A stretch of DNA of 63,162 bases, filler included, from Octopus bimaculoides (GCF_001194135.2; 6 parts of 6 records of this genome joined end to end with filler, not necessarily neighbours in it), one strand, 5' to 3'; numbered from the whole stretch's first letter, positions 49,318-61,358 are shown. Notes: generated from the letters alone by a model not told the origin. Translations and numbers: made by a program.

Positions 49318-49685
49318 TACCTTTCACATTGGCAATCTTTCACAGAACCGGTTACGTTGTTGTTGTTGTTGTTGTTGGTGGTGTTGGTGGTGGTGTTGTT
49401 GTTGTTGGTGGTGGTGGTGGTGGTGGCTGTGGTAAAGAGGTACATTACTATTGTCTTTCGCCGTTGTGGTTTTGTTCTTGTTGCTGTTGTCGCTAGAGAT
49501 GACATCCTTGTCGTTCTCGATTTGGATTGACCACTGGTCAGCACACCTATAGACCAAACTTAGTATAAAAATCATTCCAGCCGTGACCATACCCTCTTTT
49601 ATCGATATGCAGGGAACCCAGGACCATATACATCAATCAACGTCCTTTTCTAATACGCTGTTATTTGCTCGTCGGAGATTTGGCA

Positions 49686-49905
49686 GCTATTTCACGTTGC
49701 TTCATTTCACTCAGCTGTAGAAATGAGTTGCGACGTCACTGGTGCCAAACTGTATCAGCCTTGGCCCTTCTTTTAGAGAACATCGGTGGCGTGGAGAGGG
49801 GAGGCTGGTATGCATGGGCGACTGCTGGTCTTCTATAAGCAACCTTGTCCAGACTTGTGCCTCGAGGGGAACTTTCTAGGTTCAATCCCATGGTCAATCA
49901 TGATA
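49686..49905 (+). mobile_element. SINE-like repeat type E (central domain shared with type D, distinct tail)
   Basis: ATTTCACGTTGCTTCATTTCACTCAGCTGTAGAAATGAGT followed by TGCGACGTCACTGGTGCC. Confidence 0.6.
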
Positions 49906-50039
49906 TAATACGGACTTTAAAACAATATCACGCCTGTTACATATTAACAACTTGGGATACGACTCTAATAAAAGACAAATGTCTCTGTCGAAAAGGCAGT
50001 AGAACCTTAAGGACCACCCTTAAGTAACAAGACTTAGTT

Positions 50040-50175
50040 GGTCGATTACATCTACCCCAGTTCTTGACTCGCATGTTATGTTATCGACTCCGAAAGGATG
50101 AAAAGTGAACTTGACCGCGGCGGGATTTGAAAGCATTTCGTCTGACTTGCTTTCGATTTTGCCAGCTCACCACCT
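50040..50175 (-). mobile_element. SINE type A fragment
   Basis: GTCGATTACATCTACCCCAG..TTATCGACTCCGAAAGGATGAAAAG..TTTTGCCAGCTCACCACC. Confidence 0.75.
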
Positions 50176-51399
50176 AAATAATAATTTTCGAGTTTCTTTC
50201 TTCTTACTTAGAAAAAGATACGCTGAATAGATCCATTCAGCCTCTCCAGTCTTGCCACTCTCGTCCAGCTTTCGACAAACATACTAGAAGGTAACACCCC
50301 CTTCTCTATCCTCGTTTTCCTCTTCAAATGATATTTGAAAAAAAAAAAAATAATGTGAGTTAAGCCAGATGGGAAGCTGACACTCTTCGAACCTACATTA
50401 TTTATATCAACCTTCAGCGCTCGCTATGGCTTTTGGCAAGTTTAAACATTTTGAAATCATCTTAATTATATTAAATTGGAGCAACTTACTGACCCGCTTT
50501 CAAACATTACATCCCCTTCCTTTCATTGAAAGACTGATTTAGTGAAATTCAACCATTAATAATAGGCAAAATCCGATACAATCATTCACAAAATATTTCT
50601 TTTCAAGAACTTCAACATTAATTGTTTCACGTAGTTGTCTCCCTTTAACCGAATTATTTCCCTTACCATAGTTATGTCCCTTAGATTTAGCGTAAGTTTA
50701 TATTCAGTTCCAAACGATAGCTGGGCTTCAAAGCTGTTCATTTATAAATCTTCTAAATTTTAATCCCTTTCGATGATATCACATTTTCCATATTCTTTAC
50801 GATGAAGCCCCTAGTTTGACGATAAAATAGTCTCTTTTATATGCTGTTTCCAGTTCCACAGATTGTCAGGAGATATCGATTTAACACATTTCCCACCTGT
50901 TTTTCACTGCTTCATAGTCGATGGGTCATGGTGAGCCAACGAGAGGCTCTCTACATTGTCGCTATATCTGATAGAAATAGCATTCAAACAGATGCGGCCA
51001 TAGATGGGGCCATAGTTAAGAAGCTCTTTTGTCGACAATCCCTGTCCACTGGCCAACAGAGTACTTTGTCTAATTGTGATTCTTTATTAGGATGTGGAAT
51101 CGCTCAAAATACAAACAACTGCTTTGGTAGCGACTGGCAATGCTTGCCGGTGTTCATCAAATATAGTAACTTAATAAGAAACCGATTTAGTTACTTATTT
51201 ATTTATTACATATTTATTTATTTATTTTTACTGTTGAATATATGTCTAATATGGGAATAGGTGTGGCTGTAGTATCAAGGTTCTTTTTCCTCCACAGTGT
51301 GGAACATTGTGTAAATGTTTTCTACCATAGGCTTGGGTTCGCAAAAGCATTGTGAATGAAATTCGCTATACAGAAATGGCAAAGGCCCATCGAAGGAGC

Positions 51400-52250
51400 A
51401 TGTATAATTCTTATGCGTCAGATACAATTTAATCTGTGATTCGGTACTGTCCCTTTCGAGTACGTCGCTGTGTGGTTTTTCATAAACATCTCGTCTAAGT
51501 TTCTAGCCTAGACTTCTTCTCCTTTGCTTTTCCTAACCGCCATTCCCCTACGAAACGTTATCAATTCCGTTCTAATCGCTGATGTGAGGGAGAACCATGA
51601 TCTGTTGTTGGCGATTGCCCCCCATCAAAATCCGCTATTTCGGTCCGCGTAAAATATATGCTCTGGAAAAACATGTTCAGCATCCAGTAACCGAAGTTTA
51701 TCTCGGTCGACCGTAAAAACCACAAATTTGTGGTTGTTTAAAATCTACTCTATCCCTGTCCACTGGTCTGCAGAATACTTTGTCTATATGTGATTTGCGG
51801 TTTGTCCATGTCCTCATTGGTGCATGCAGGGAATCCAATGTGTCGTAGATTTGAAAAATTCTGAGCAGGCTTGTGAGGCATTTGCACCCCACTCTCCTAT
51901 CGACTAGTGTCACGCAATCGTATTGTGAATCCAAATGTCTTATTAGCATTAAAAAGAGGATGTTCCGATGAAAGATTCTGGATACCTAAAGAAATCTGGC
52001 TACTCTATATATGTCGATGCATAGATGGCTACCAGTCGGAAAGTATGGTCCTCGTAGTAGTCACATTCAGCTCCATAGCCTTACTTTCTGGGTTCTGTAG
52101 TGCATGATATAAATGTTTCTGATGCAACACAGCAACTCCGCTTTCTGATTCTGTCGAAGAGGGCGCGAAGGCCCGAGGCATGGAAAGGTTGGTCTCTCTG
52201 ATGGCCAGCACAACTAATTCTAGTGATCTGAAGTCGTTGAGCAAATAGCC
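51400..52250 (-). mobile_element. Decayed L1/Tx1-clade LINE ORF2, APE endonuclease region
   Basis: LNDFRSLELVVLAIRETNL..SGVAVL..NPESKAMELNV..AIYAS..DFFRYPESF..GCKCLTSLLRIFQIYDT..H..RTWTNRKSHIDKVF..GAIANNRSWFSLTSAIRTELI; motif order fits a Tx1-type EN. Confidence 0.7.
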
Positions 52251-52507
52251 TTGCTCCCGAGAAGAACTTTGACCACGTTATATTTTCTGAGTACGTTATA
52301 TCTTTTGAGTAAACCCATGCCGTATGAAAGGCAGAAAGTAAGAAGTGTCACTTATCTTATTTCTGTGGAAAAAACATGCGTTCGGTTCCTCCGACCAGTT
52401 GTGGATGACTTTATGAAGTTGCCTTTGTATATGTATCTACCTTTGAAATCTATTCCATCAAAATTTTTGTTTCTTACAGTGTATGTGCTTTGTATTGTTT
52501 TGATTAT

Positions 52508-52545
<38 letters not shown>

Positions 52546-52974
52546 TATTTTGTTTTGCTTTTGTTGTATGATGAAGTTGTTTTGTGTTGTGTTTTTATGT
52601 TGATGTATGCGTTTCCGAATAACCGACCGCAAGCGTGCAATTGCCTCATCAACTAAACCACCAGACTCAGTGAATTACCATCTAAAGTGACTGAGTATCC
52701 CCCACACATGTATACCCTTCCTGGAATTCTCAGTTGATAACAATGACGACACGGCGACAAGGTTGGACCTTAGCGCTACACGTAGAATCAGTTCGAGGTG
52801 CTTCCATAAGTTTCTGTGTCCTCACCTTCACAACTTCACTCCTAAACATGGATCGATCCGAAGCAATAGAAAATGACATTTGACCAAGAAGCAAAACTGT
52901 GGTTTCGAAACCAGGACTGATAACTAGGAAACAAAATTCTTAACCATTCAACTATACTCCGCTTATTATATATA

Positions 52975-53290
52975 AGCGTGGCTTTGTGGTTACGGTATTC
53001 GGCTCGCGATCGTAGGGTGGTGTGTTCAATTCCGGCGACTCGTTGTGTCCTTGAGCAAGACACTTTATTTCACGTTGCTCCAGTCCACTCAGCTGGCAAA
53101 AACGAGTAGTATCTATATTTCAAAGAGGCCAGCCTTGTCCCACTCTGTGTCACACTGAATCTCCCTGGGAACTGCGCTAAGGGTACACGTGTGTGTGGAA
53201 TGCTCAACCACTTGCACGTTAATTTCACGAGCTAGCTGTTCACTTGATTGTATCAGCCGGGACCCTCGTCGCCGTAACTAATGTAGTGCT
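52975..53290 (+). mobile_element. SINE type D, full length
   Basis: GTGGTTACGGTATTCGGCTCGCGATCGTAGGGT..GTTCAATTCC head; TTGAGCAAGACACTTTATTTCACGTTGCTCCAGTCCACTCAGCTG centre; type C/D tail. Confidence 0.9.
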
Positions 53291-53600
53291 CCTCTTCTCT
53301 ATTATATATATCAGACAATATCATAAATTAAAAGATTTAATTACTAATCGAATGCTTGATCAAAGCTTACGACAACCAAAAAACTAAAAAATGATCGGCA
53401 AAAATTAAGATTGTTCTAAACAGCAATGATAAATATTTCAAGGTAACTCAACACAATGAAAAGTGCTGTATATTTATATATACATGCATATATATATATA
53501 NNNNNNNNNNNNNNNNNNNNNNNNNNNNNNNNNNNNNNNNNNNNNNNNNNNNNNNNNNNNNNNNNNNNNNNNNNNNNNNNNNNNNNNNNNNNNNNNNNNN

Positions 53601-53636
<36 letters not shown>

Positions 53637-54489
53637 CATTTATATTTATACATATGTATACATGTGTATATAAATATGTATGTATATATGTGTGTCTATA
53701 TATGAGTATATATATATATGTGTGCATATACAAGGTATATATATATATGTATGTATGTATGTGCGTATGTATGTATGTATGCATGTATGTATGTATGTAT
53801 GTATAAATGTATGTAAAAGTATATACATATATGTGTACGTATATATATATATATAAATATATATGAATATATATACATTTATATGCATGTGTATTTATAT
53901 ATATATATTTATGTAAATGTGTGTGTGTGCCTGTGTGTGTGTGCCTGTGTGTGTGTGCAGGTGTGTTTATATGTGTGTGTGTATCTATTTGTGTGTGTAT
54001 ATATATGTGTATGTGGGTGTCTGGGTACACATACGTATGTGTATATATGTCCCAGTGCGTGTGCGTGTCTCTATGTGTGTGTGTGTCTTCCTGAGTCTGC
54101 GGGTGCCCCAGAATCCGTGCATACGTATGTATACATATATTTCCACTAATAATACATCGAATCACATTTTAGACACACGCTTTACTTATATATATCTGTA
54201 TTAATTTTTCTGATTGTTGATGCCGTTCCATAGATAGGCATAAATCTAATTCTTTTCCCAAATAAAATGCACTTCAAATTTGAGGCTCCGATGAAGCTAT
54301 GAGGTGTGATTCATGCACTTAGCTATGAGTCCACTGCATCTTATAGCAGAAACAGCGGTAAGCTAATGAAGTTCATATGAAAAGCATTTATTCCTTTGTC
54401 ATCTCTCTTTCTTATTTCTGCAGTATACTCAGCCAACACTTTCATTCTGAAACATACGTNNNNNNNNNNTATATATATATATATATATA

Positions 54490-54650
54490 TCATTGAAATT
54501 TATAGAAAAACAAAAGATGAAGACAGGTGTATAAACAACAAGCAGGTGTATTAGTTTGACGCTCGGAAAAATGAAAGTCTTTTACATTTCGAGCCTACGC
54601 TCTTCAACAAAAAGGAATGAGAGAGAATAAACAGTGATAGAATGAAAAGC
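54490..54650 (-). mobile_element. Penelope-like terminal-repeat fragment with non-canonical hammerhead motif
   Basis: Minus strand CTTT-TTGTTGA-A-GAGC-GTAG-GCTC-GAAATGTA-AAAG at 54577-54615. Confidence 0.6.
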
Positions 54651-54673
54651 ATTTGTAGATTTCAGTAGTCTGC

Positions 54674-55045
54674 TATTATGTTAAACTGCCGTATGTCCAA
54701 ATTTGGCCATTTTTTTTTTTTTGTCAATATCTAATTTGCTTGCAATAGCCGGTTATTTTGGACAAACTGTCGTATCTCCAGCTGCTTCAGATGAAAGTTG
54801 TCACAGTGTAGTACAACGGTTTAGCATTTTTCAAAAGTGTATTAAGTCCCACACACGACAGTTTTTGCAAAAATATTTCTGACTGAAAATATCATACATG
54901 CATGGAGTTACGATTTTATGAACCCAACAAAGTATTATTGTTAAGCTGAAACTGTTGCTAATGTAAAAAGAAACGGAATGATGAAACCACTTTTTCGTTT
55001 ACTGAAAAAACAACTTTTTGAACTCACGACACTTTTGCAACGACA
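54674..55045. repeat. Interspersed repeat, copy 2 (see 46029-46420)
   Basis: Direct alignment by eye. Confidence 0.85.
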
Positions 55046-55078
55046 TATACATATATATATATATTTATATATATATAT

Positions 55079-55116
<38 letters not shown>

Positions 55117-55141
55117 ACATATATATGTACATTAGAGAAAA

Positions 55142-55760
55142 AGGCGGCGAGCTGACAATCGTTACCACGCCGGGCAAAATAAAATGCTTAGCAGTGTTTC
55201 GTCTGTCTTTACGTTTTGAGTTCAAATTCCGCCGAAATCGACCTTGTCTTTTATCCTTTCGGGGTTGATAAGTTGAGTACTGGGGTCGATGTAATCGACT
55301 TAACCCCTTCCCACAAATTTCACGCCTTGTGCCCCTAATAAAAAGGATTATTAAAGCGGTTTGCAAGCTAACATAATTCCTAGCGCGCCGGACAAATACT
55401 TAGCGGCATTTTTTCCTGTTAAATGTTCAAATTCCACCGCTCGGAGTCGATGAAACAAGTACCAGTGAAGTATTAGGAACGACTAGATCCCTCCCTCAAA
55501 CTTTTCGATCATATGCCTATAGTCGAAAAGATTATTAAAGCGCTGAACTAACAGGATTATAAGTGTGTCAAACAAATTGCTTAGCGGCTTTCCTTCCGGG
55601 TCTTAAAATTCTGAGTTCAAATTCCACCGAGGTTGACTTCACCCTTCTTTTCGAGATCAGTAAAATAAATACCAAGTTGAATTCTGAGGTCGAAACAATC
55701 AACTTACTTACCCCTCCCCTCAATTTATTGACCTTGTTCCAAAATTTGAAACCATTATTT
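55142..55760 (+). mobile_element. Three head-to-tail SINE type A copies
   Basis: Units at about 55142, 55355 and 55538, joined through AAGATTATTAAAGCG / AGGATTATTAAAGCG. Confidence 0.85.
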
Positions 55761-56214
55761 CATCAGCCAGAAATGAAGAATTGTAAATTAGATTCTGGCG
55801 AGATTTGAACTCATTACCTTGAAGGTCTACGCTCTTCAACAAAAAGGAATGAGAGAGAATAAACAGTGATAGAATGAAAAGCATTTGTAGATTTCAGTAG
55901 TCTGCTATTATGTTAAACTGCCGTATGTCCAAATTTNNNNNNNNNNNNNNNNNNNNNNNNNNNNNNNNNNNNNNNNNNNNTTAATTAATTAANNNNNNNN
56001 NNNNNNNNNNNNNNNNNNNNNNNNNNNNNNNNNNNNCCAAGCTAACATGGCAGTCCAAAAAATAGGACGAATGCTGCCGTTGATTATCCCCAAGAGGCCA
56101 TCGCCTCTAGTTAGCTATGTGACACACGAACCTCTGTCCATTATAACCTTCGAACAGAGGAGGTCAGCCGCTTTCCCTTGCTGGTCTGGCATCTACATCC
56201 ACATAACATTCATC

Positions 56215-56358
56215 ACCCAAGTTCACTCACAAGCCGTTGGTCAGCTCCAGGTTATAGTCGATGACACTTGCACACAAAGTGCCACGCAGTAGAACAGAAC
56301 CCAAAACCACATGGTTCTCTAACGATTTTTCATAATCACACAGCCATGCCCGCGCCTA
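56215..56358 (-). mobile_element. SINE type B head
   Basis: CACTCACAAGCC..CAAAGTGCCACGCAG..ACCACATGGTT..CACAGCCATGCCCGCGCCTA. Confidence 0.75.
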
Positions 56359-56429
56359 ATGAAAGATAAAGATGAAATGAAAAAAAAAAAAAAAGCGGCT
56401 ATTGAATGATTGAGGAAACATGATATACA

Positions 56430-56690
56430 AGTTTACTGACCACAAGAGCCGAGTACAAAACAGAAGGACAGACAAGAGACAAATGGGATTAAACACCAGT
56501 ATACATGCGAACAATAAAGCAATAACATTTAAACAATAAAATCTTCAAATGAGGAGAGTACCACCCAAGGGCAACAAAGGAACCCCCTACACATCCGGGT
56601 CACCCCGATCGCTAACGGCACTCCAGACAAGGACCTTTTTCCCTCCTGCCTACAGACGAATTTTCAGAGCAGGCCCATTTACACGGATCA
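56430..56690 (-). mobile_element. Probable LINE 3' end/UTR (L1/Tx1-like)
   Basis: Minus strand ends in a T-rich UTR after a short coding-like tail (IRVNGPALKIRL*); family assignment is by recollection only. Confidence 0.35.
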
Positions 56691-56709
56691 AACTAATGAT
56701 ATAATATAA

Positions 56710-56946
56710 TAATAAATGCGCCCTTTTAAAGCCTAGCCAGGCTCATGGACCCGGTTTCAATGGCGTATGTGTCCCCCCCCCCTGGACGAGACGCCAGTCC
56801 ATCGCAGCGTTAGTCATTTTTGCCAGCTGAGTGGACTGGAGCAACGTGAAATCAAGTGTTTTGCTCAAGAACACAACGCGTCGCCCGATCCAGGAATCGA
56901 AACCTATCTTACGATCATGTTACTAACACCCTAACCACTAAGCCAC
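56710..56946 (-). mobile_element. SINE type D-prime (type D head and centre, different tail)
   Basis: Centre ATTTCACGTTGCTCCAGTCCACTCAGCTGGCAAAAATG continues into CGCTGCGATGGACTGGCGTCTCGTCCAG instead of the C/D tail. Confidence 0.85.
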
Positions 56947-57489
56947 NNNNNNNNNNNNNNNNNNNNNNNNNNNNNNNNNNNNNNNNNNNNNNNNNNNNNN
57001 NNNNNNNNNNNNNNNNNNNNNNNNNNNNNNNNNNNNNNNNNNNNNNNNNNNNNNNNNNNNNNNNNNNNNNNNNNNNNNNNNNNNNNNNNNNNNNNNNNNN
57101 NNNNNNNNNNNNNNNNNNNNNNNNNNNNNNNNNNNNNNNNNNNNNNNNNNNNNNNNNNNNNNNNNNNNNNNNNNNNNNNNNNNNNNNNNNNNNNNNNNNN
57201 NNNNNNNNNNNNNNNNNNNNNNNNNNNNNNNNNNNNNNNNNNNNNNNNNNNNNNNNNNNNNNNNNNNNNNNNNNNNNNNNNNNNNNNNNNNNNNNNNNNN
57301 NNNNNNNNNNNNNNNNNNNNNNNNNNNNNNNNNNNNNNNNNNNNNNNNNNNNNNNNNNNNNNNNNNNNNNNNNNNNNNNNNNNNNNNNNNNNNNNNNNNN
57401 NNNNNNNNNNNNNNNNNNNNNNNNNNNNNNNNNNNNNNNNNNNNNNNNNNNNNNNNNNNNNNNNNNNNNNNNNNNNNNATTAGCTACTG

Positions 57490-57517
57490 CCTAACCCTAA
57501 CCTTAACCCTAACCCTA
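57490..57517. repeat. Short interstitial telomere-like (CCCTAA)n tract
   Basis: CCTAACCCTAACCTTAACCCTAACCCTA. Confidence 0.85.
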
Positions 57518-58374
57518 CTGCCAATATGCTTCAGCCATTTTTTGACAAGGAAATAATAATTTTATCACCGCCAGAATCGTTTCAGAATCGTTTGTTTACG
57601 TAGTCAGCACTTAATGTATTCGGCTGAATGGACGTCAGTCATTGGTTGAAATTACAGAAATACGACAACTTTAACATGAAATAACTTGCGATGTACGTTT
57701 TTTTGTTAAGAAGACTAAGAGAAAACGATGTTTTATATGACACATTCTACCAGTGTCCCAAGTTTCAAAGTGTTTCGTTAAGAAAATACTGGTGCCCCCG
57801 TTTTGAACAAGATCCTAATATAATATAATATAATAATGAAATTATTGTATACACTGCTCAGGTGCACTACAAATATAATATAATATAATATTGCCTAAAA
57901 AAACATAGGCAGATTGTGGGAATAATATAGACGGAGAGAGAAGGAGCGGTTAAAGTGCTGATATCAAATGAGAGAAAGAAATAGAAAGAACGAGAGAGAA
58001 AGAACAGAAAGCTGAAAAGGGAAAGAAAAGCGGTGACCGGTAAAAAAAGTCACCCGTAATAAAGTCGCAATTTTAGCCAGGAAAAATAGTCACATGGTGG
58101 CCGGTAATAAAATCAGAGGGAAAAAAATCACAATTAATTTACGGGATCCGGACAATAATATAATATTGTGTAAAAATAAAGACTGTTGAAATGCAGGCAG
58201 AATTTTAGAAAAATGTGGAAATAGAAAGGTGTGGAAAAAGAACTGAAATCGTAGAGGAAATGGTGTAAAAGAAGACGGAAAGAATTAGAGGAAAAGGTTG
58301 AGGAAATGGAAAAAAGAATAAGAGACTAAAGGAGAATAGTATTTGAGGGGGAGTGAGAGGGGAGAGAAAGAAAA

Positions 58375-58665
58375 TTATTTCTTTATTGCCCACAAGGGGC
58401 TACTCACTGAGGGGACAAACAAGGACAGACAAACGGAATTAAGTCGATTACATCGACCCAGTGTGTAACTGGTACTTATTTAATNNNNNNNNNNNNNNNN
58501 NNNNNNNNNNNNNNNNNNNNNNNNNNNNTTAATTAATTAANNNNNNNNNNNNNNNNNNNNNNNNNNNNNNNNNNNNNNNNNNNNGAACTCAGAACGTAAA
58601 GACGGTACGAAATGCCGCTAAGAAATTTGCTCGGCGTGCTATCGATTCTGCAAGCTCGTTGCCTT
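58375..58665 (-). mobile_element. SINE type A spanning a gap
   Basis: Tail at 58375-58484, head at 58585-58665. Confidence 0.85.
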
Positions 58666-58844
58666 GACAACAACTGTTTGTTTCATAAACTACAAGAAAA
58701 GTGTACAATAATGTAGAGTGCCTTGGGACATCTGAAGTTTGTGAGTAAACTAATTTTCTATTTTCTATTATTTTTATAAAATGGTATTGCTGAATGTGAA
58801 ATTAGAGCTAAAGCAGAAATGAATTATGAGGAAATGTGACAACC

Positions 58845-59130
58845 CGGAGGGGAATTTTACGTAGAGACTGGCTCTCTGCATTACTTTTCATGAATGCGTA
58901 GATTCCTTTGATAAGCACGCTTGTTAAAAAATGAAGTGAAAATATGTCACCTGCTACATATAGATGACTTCGAGTTTTGCACTAAAAAATGAAATAAACT
59001 TGATTCTCTTGTTCAAAGAATAAGGATATCGGTATGTCATTTGTGATGAATGGATAGGCAGCATTAATTATGAAGAGAGGTCGAAAAATTAAATTTGATG
59101 GCAGAAAGATACCACAAGTGGATGAATGCC
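58845..59130 (+). mobile_element. Heavily decayed R4/Dong-type RT fragment
   Basis: Across frameshifts: RRGILRRDWLSALLF..IPL..KICHLLHIDD..KLDSLVQRIRI..DIGMSF..AALIMKRGRKIKFDG. Confidence 0.7.
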
Positions 59131-60079
59131 TTACGGTGAGAAAATAGAGAAAAGTAAAATGAAAGAGGAAGTCTCCAAAGATTACAAGTGAAGGATTGGT
59201 TCAAAACTAAAATTAGAGAATCTCATTAAGGCAACAGGTAATAATTAGATGTAGTATGGTTGTTGTTCCTTCTTTGGAAGTAAACAAAACCATACTTAAA
59301 GGAACTACACAAAAGAACTAGGAAGCAACTCTCAATGCATAATCCTCCTTCTTTTCTTTCCTTTCCTGAGTGTCCAATAACACTGTACTTATTCCACGTC
59401 CTCGTGTTGTTGTTTTTTCGTGTTTTTTCTTGCTTGTTCATGTTTGGATTGACTATGTATGTATATGTGCATATGTATGTATGTATACATGTATGTATGT
59501 ATACATGTATATATGCATATGTGCAGATGTATGTATTATGTACGTATGTATGAATATATATATGTGTACATGTATGTGTGTGTCTATGTATGTATGTATG
59601 TACCCCACCAGACTAGCATGGTGAGGAGGGTTGCTAGATACCCAGCAGGACTAGAAACAAGACGTGTAAAAAGGAAGGATAAACCCAGTGTGGGTTCAAC
59701 GGCTCTCTAGCAAAAACACGGGCATCCAGAAATTCAGGGCTGGTTTCAGGCATGCTGAAAGACCACTGAGAGTGAGACACCTCTCAGCTTTTGTTAAAGC
59801 ATGTCTCTAAGAGGTTGTCACTCTGATATAAAACCATGTATTCAAGGAATGGAATTGGAAACTTTTGGTATCGTTTGCTTGCGCATAAGATCATAACGCT
59901 CCCACATTCCTGCGCCTATACAGTTCATATTGACACAAGATATCTTACCTGAGCTCGTCTCTAGGTCATAACAGCAGGGTGGAGAGGGTCTGTGAGGTGT
60001 TATGCAAGCCTTGATAGACCTATAATTTTGTACAGACATTGCTTTGTCAGTGATGGTCGCTTTCGATTACGAGTCGACA

Positions 60080-60577
60080 GCTATCGTGTATGTATGCATA
60101 TATGTATGCATGCATCTATGTATGTATATGTGTATTCATGTATGTATGTGTACGTGTATATGTGTATACATGTATGCATGTATGTATAGAAGTATGTATT
60201 CATATATATATATGTGTGTGTATATATTTAACTTTGTATGTATGTATTTATGTAGAAATGTATGTATGTATGTAAATATTTATGCATGTGTATATATATG
60301 TATGTAAGTATGTTTTCATTATACACATGTGCATGTGTGCATATAAGTATGTATGTATGTAGATTTGTATGTATCTATGTATATATGTATGCATGTATTT
60401 ATGCATGCATGTACGTACGTGTGTATGTATGTACGTATATATGTTTGCATGTATGTATGTACGAGTGTGTGTATGTTAGTATGTATGCATGTATATATGT
60501 ATTTACGCATGTATGTATTTGTATGCATGTATGTATGTATGTATGAGAGCATGAATGCATCCATGTATGTATGTCTA
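60080..60577. repeat. Degenerate (TATG)n field
   Basis: Direct inspection. Confidence 0.9.
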
Positions 60578-61292
60578 NNNNNNNNNNNNNNNNNNNNNNN
60601 NNNNNNNNNNNNNNNNNNNNNNNNNNNNNNNNNNNNNNNNNNNNNNNNNNNNNNNNNNNNNNNNNNNNNNNNNNNNNNNNNNNNNNNNNNNNNNNNNNNN
60701 NNNNNNNNNNNNNNNNNNNNNNNNNNNNNNNNNNNNNNNNNNNNNNNNNNNNNNNNNNNNNNNNNNNNNNNNNNNNNNNNNNNNNNNNNNNNNNNNNNNN
60801 NNNNNNNNNNNNNNNNNNNNNNNNNNNNNNNNNNNNNNNNNNNNNNNNNNNNNNNNNNNNNNNNNNNNNNNNNNNNNNNNNNNNNNNNNNNNNNNNNNNN
60901 NNNNNNNNNNNNNNNNNNNNNNNNNNNNNNNNNNNNNNNNNNNNNNNNNNNNNNNNNNNNNNNNNNNNNNNNNNNNNNNNNNNNNNNNNNNNNNNNNNNN
61001 NNNNNNNNNNNNNNNNNNNNNNNNNNNNNNNNNNNNNNNNNNNNNNNNNNNNNNNNNNNNNNNNNNNNNNNNNNNNNNNNNNNNNNNNNNNNNNNNNNNN
61101 NNNNNNNNNNNNNNNNNNNNNNNNNNNNNNNNNNNNNNNNNNNNNNNNNNNNNNNNNNNNNNNNNNNNNNNNNNNNNNNNNNNNNNNNNNNNNNNNNNNN
61201 NNNNNNNNNNNNNNNNNNNNNNNNNNNNNNNNNNNNNNNNNNNNNNNNNNNNNNNNNNNNNNNNNNNNNNNNNNNNNNNNNNNNNNNNNNNN

Positions 61293-61350
61293 TATTATAT
61301 TATATTATATTATATTATATTATATTATATTATATTATATTATATTATAT
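61293..61350. repeat. (TATAT)n pentanucleotide microsatellite
   Basis: Direct inspection. Confidence 0.95.
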
Positions 61351-61358
61351 TGTATATA

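Noticed and set aside
50841-51260. 139-aa plus-strand ORF
   Set aside because: Antisense shadow of a decayed LINE endonuclease segment
54595-54704. 110 bp identical to 55827-55936
   Set aside because: The second copy abuts a gap and is 100 percent identical; most likely a contig-end overlap artefact, although a very recent duplication cannot be excluded without reads
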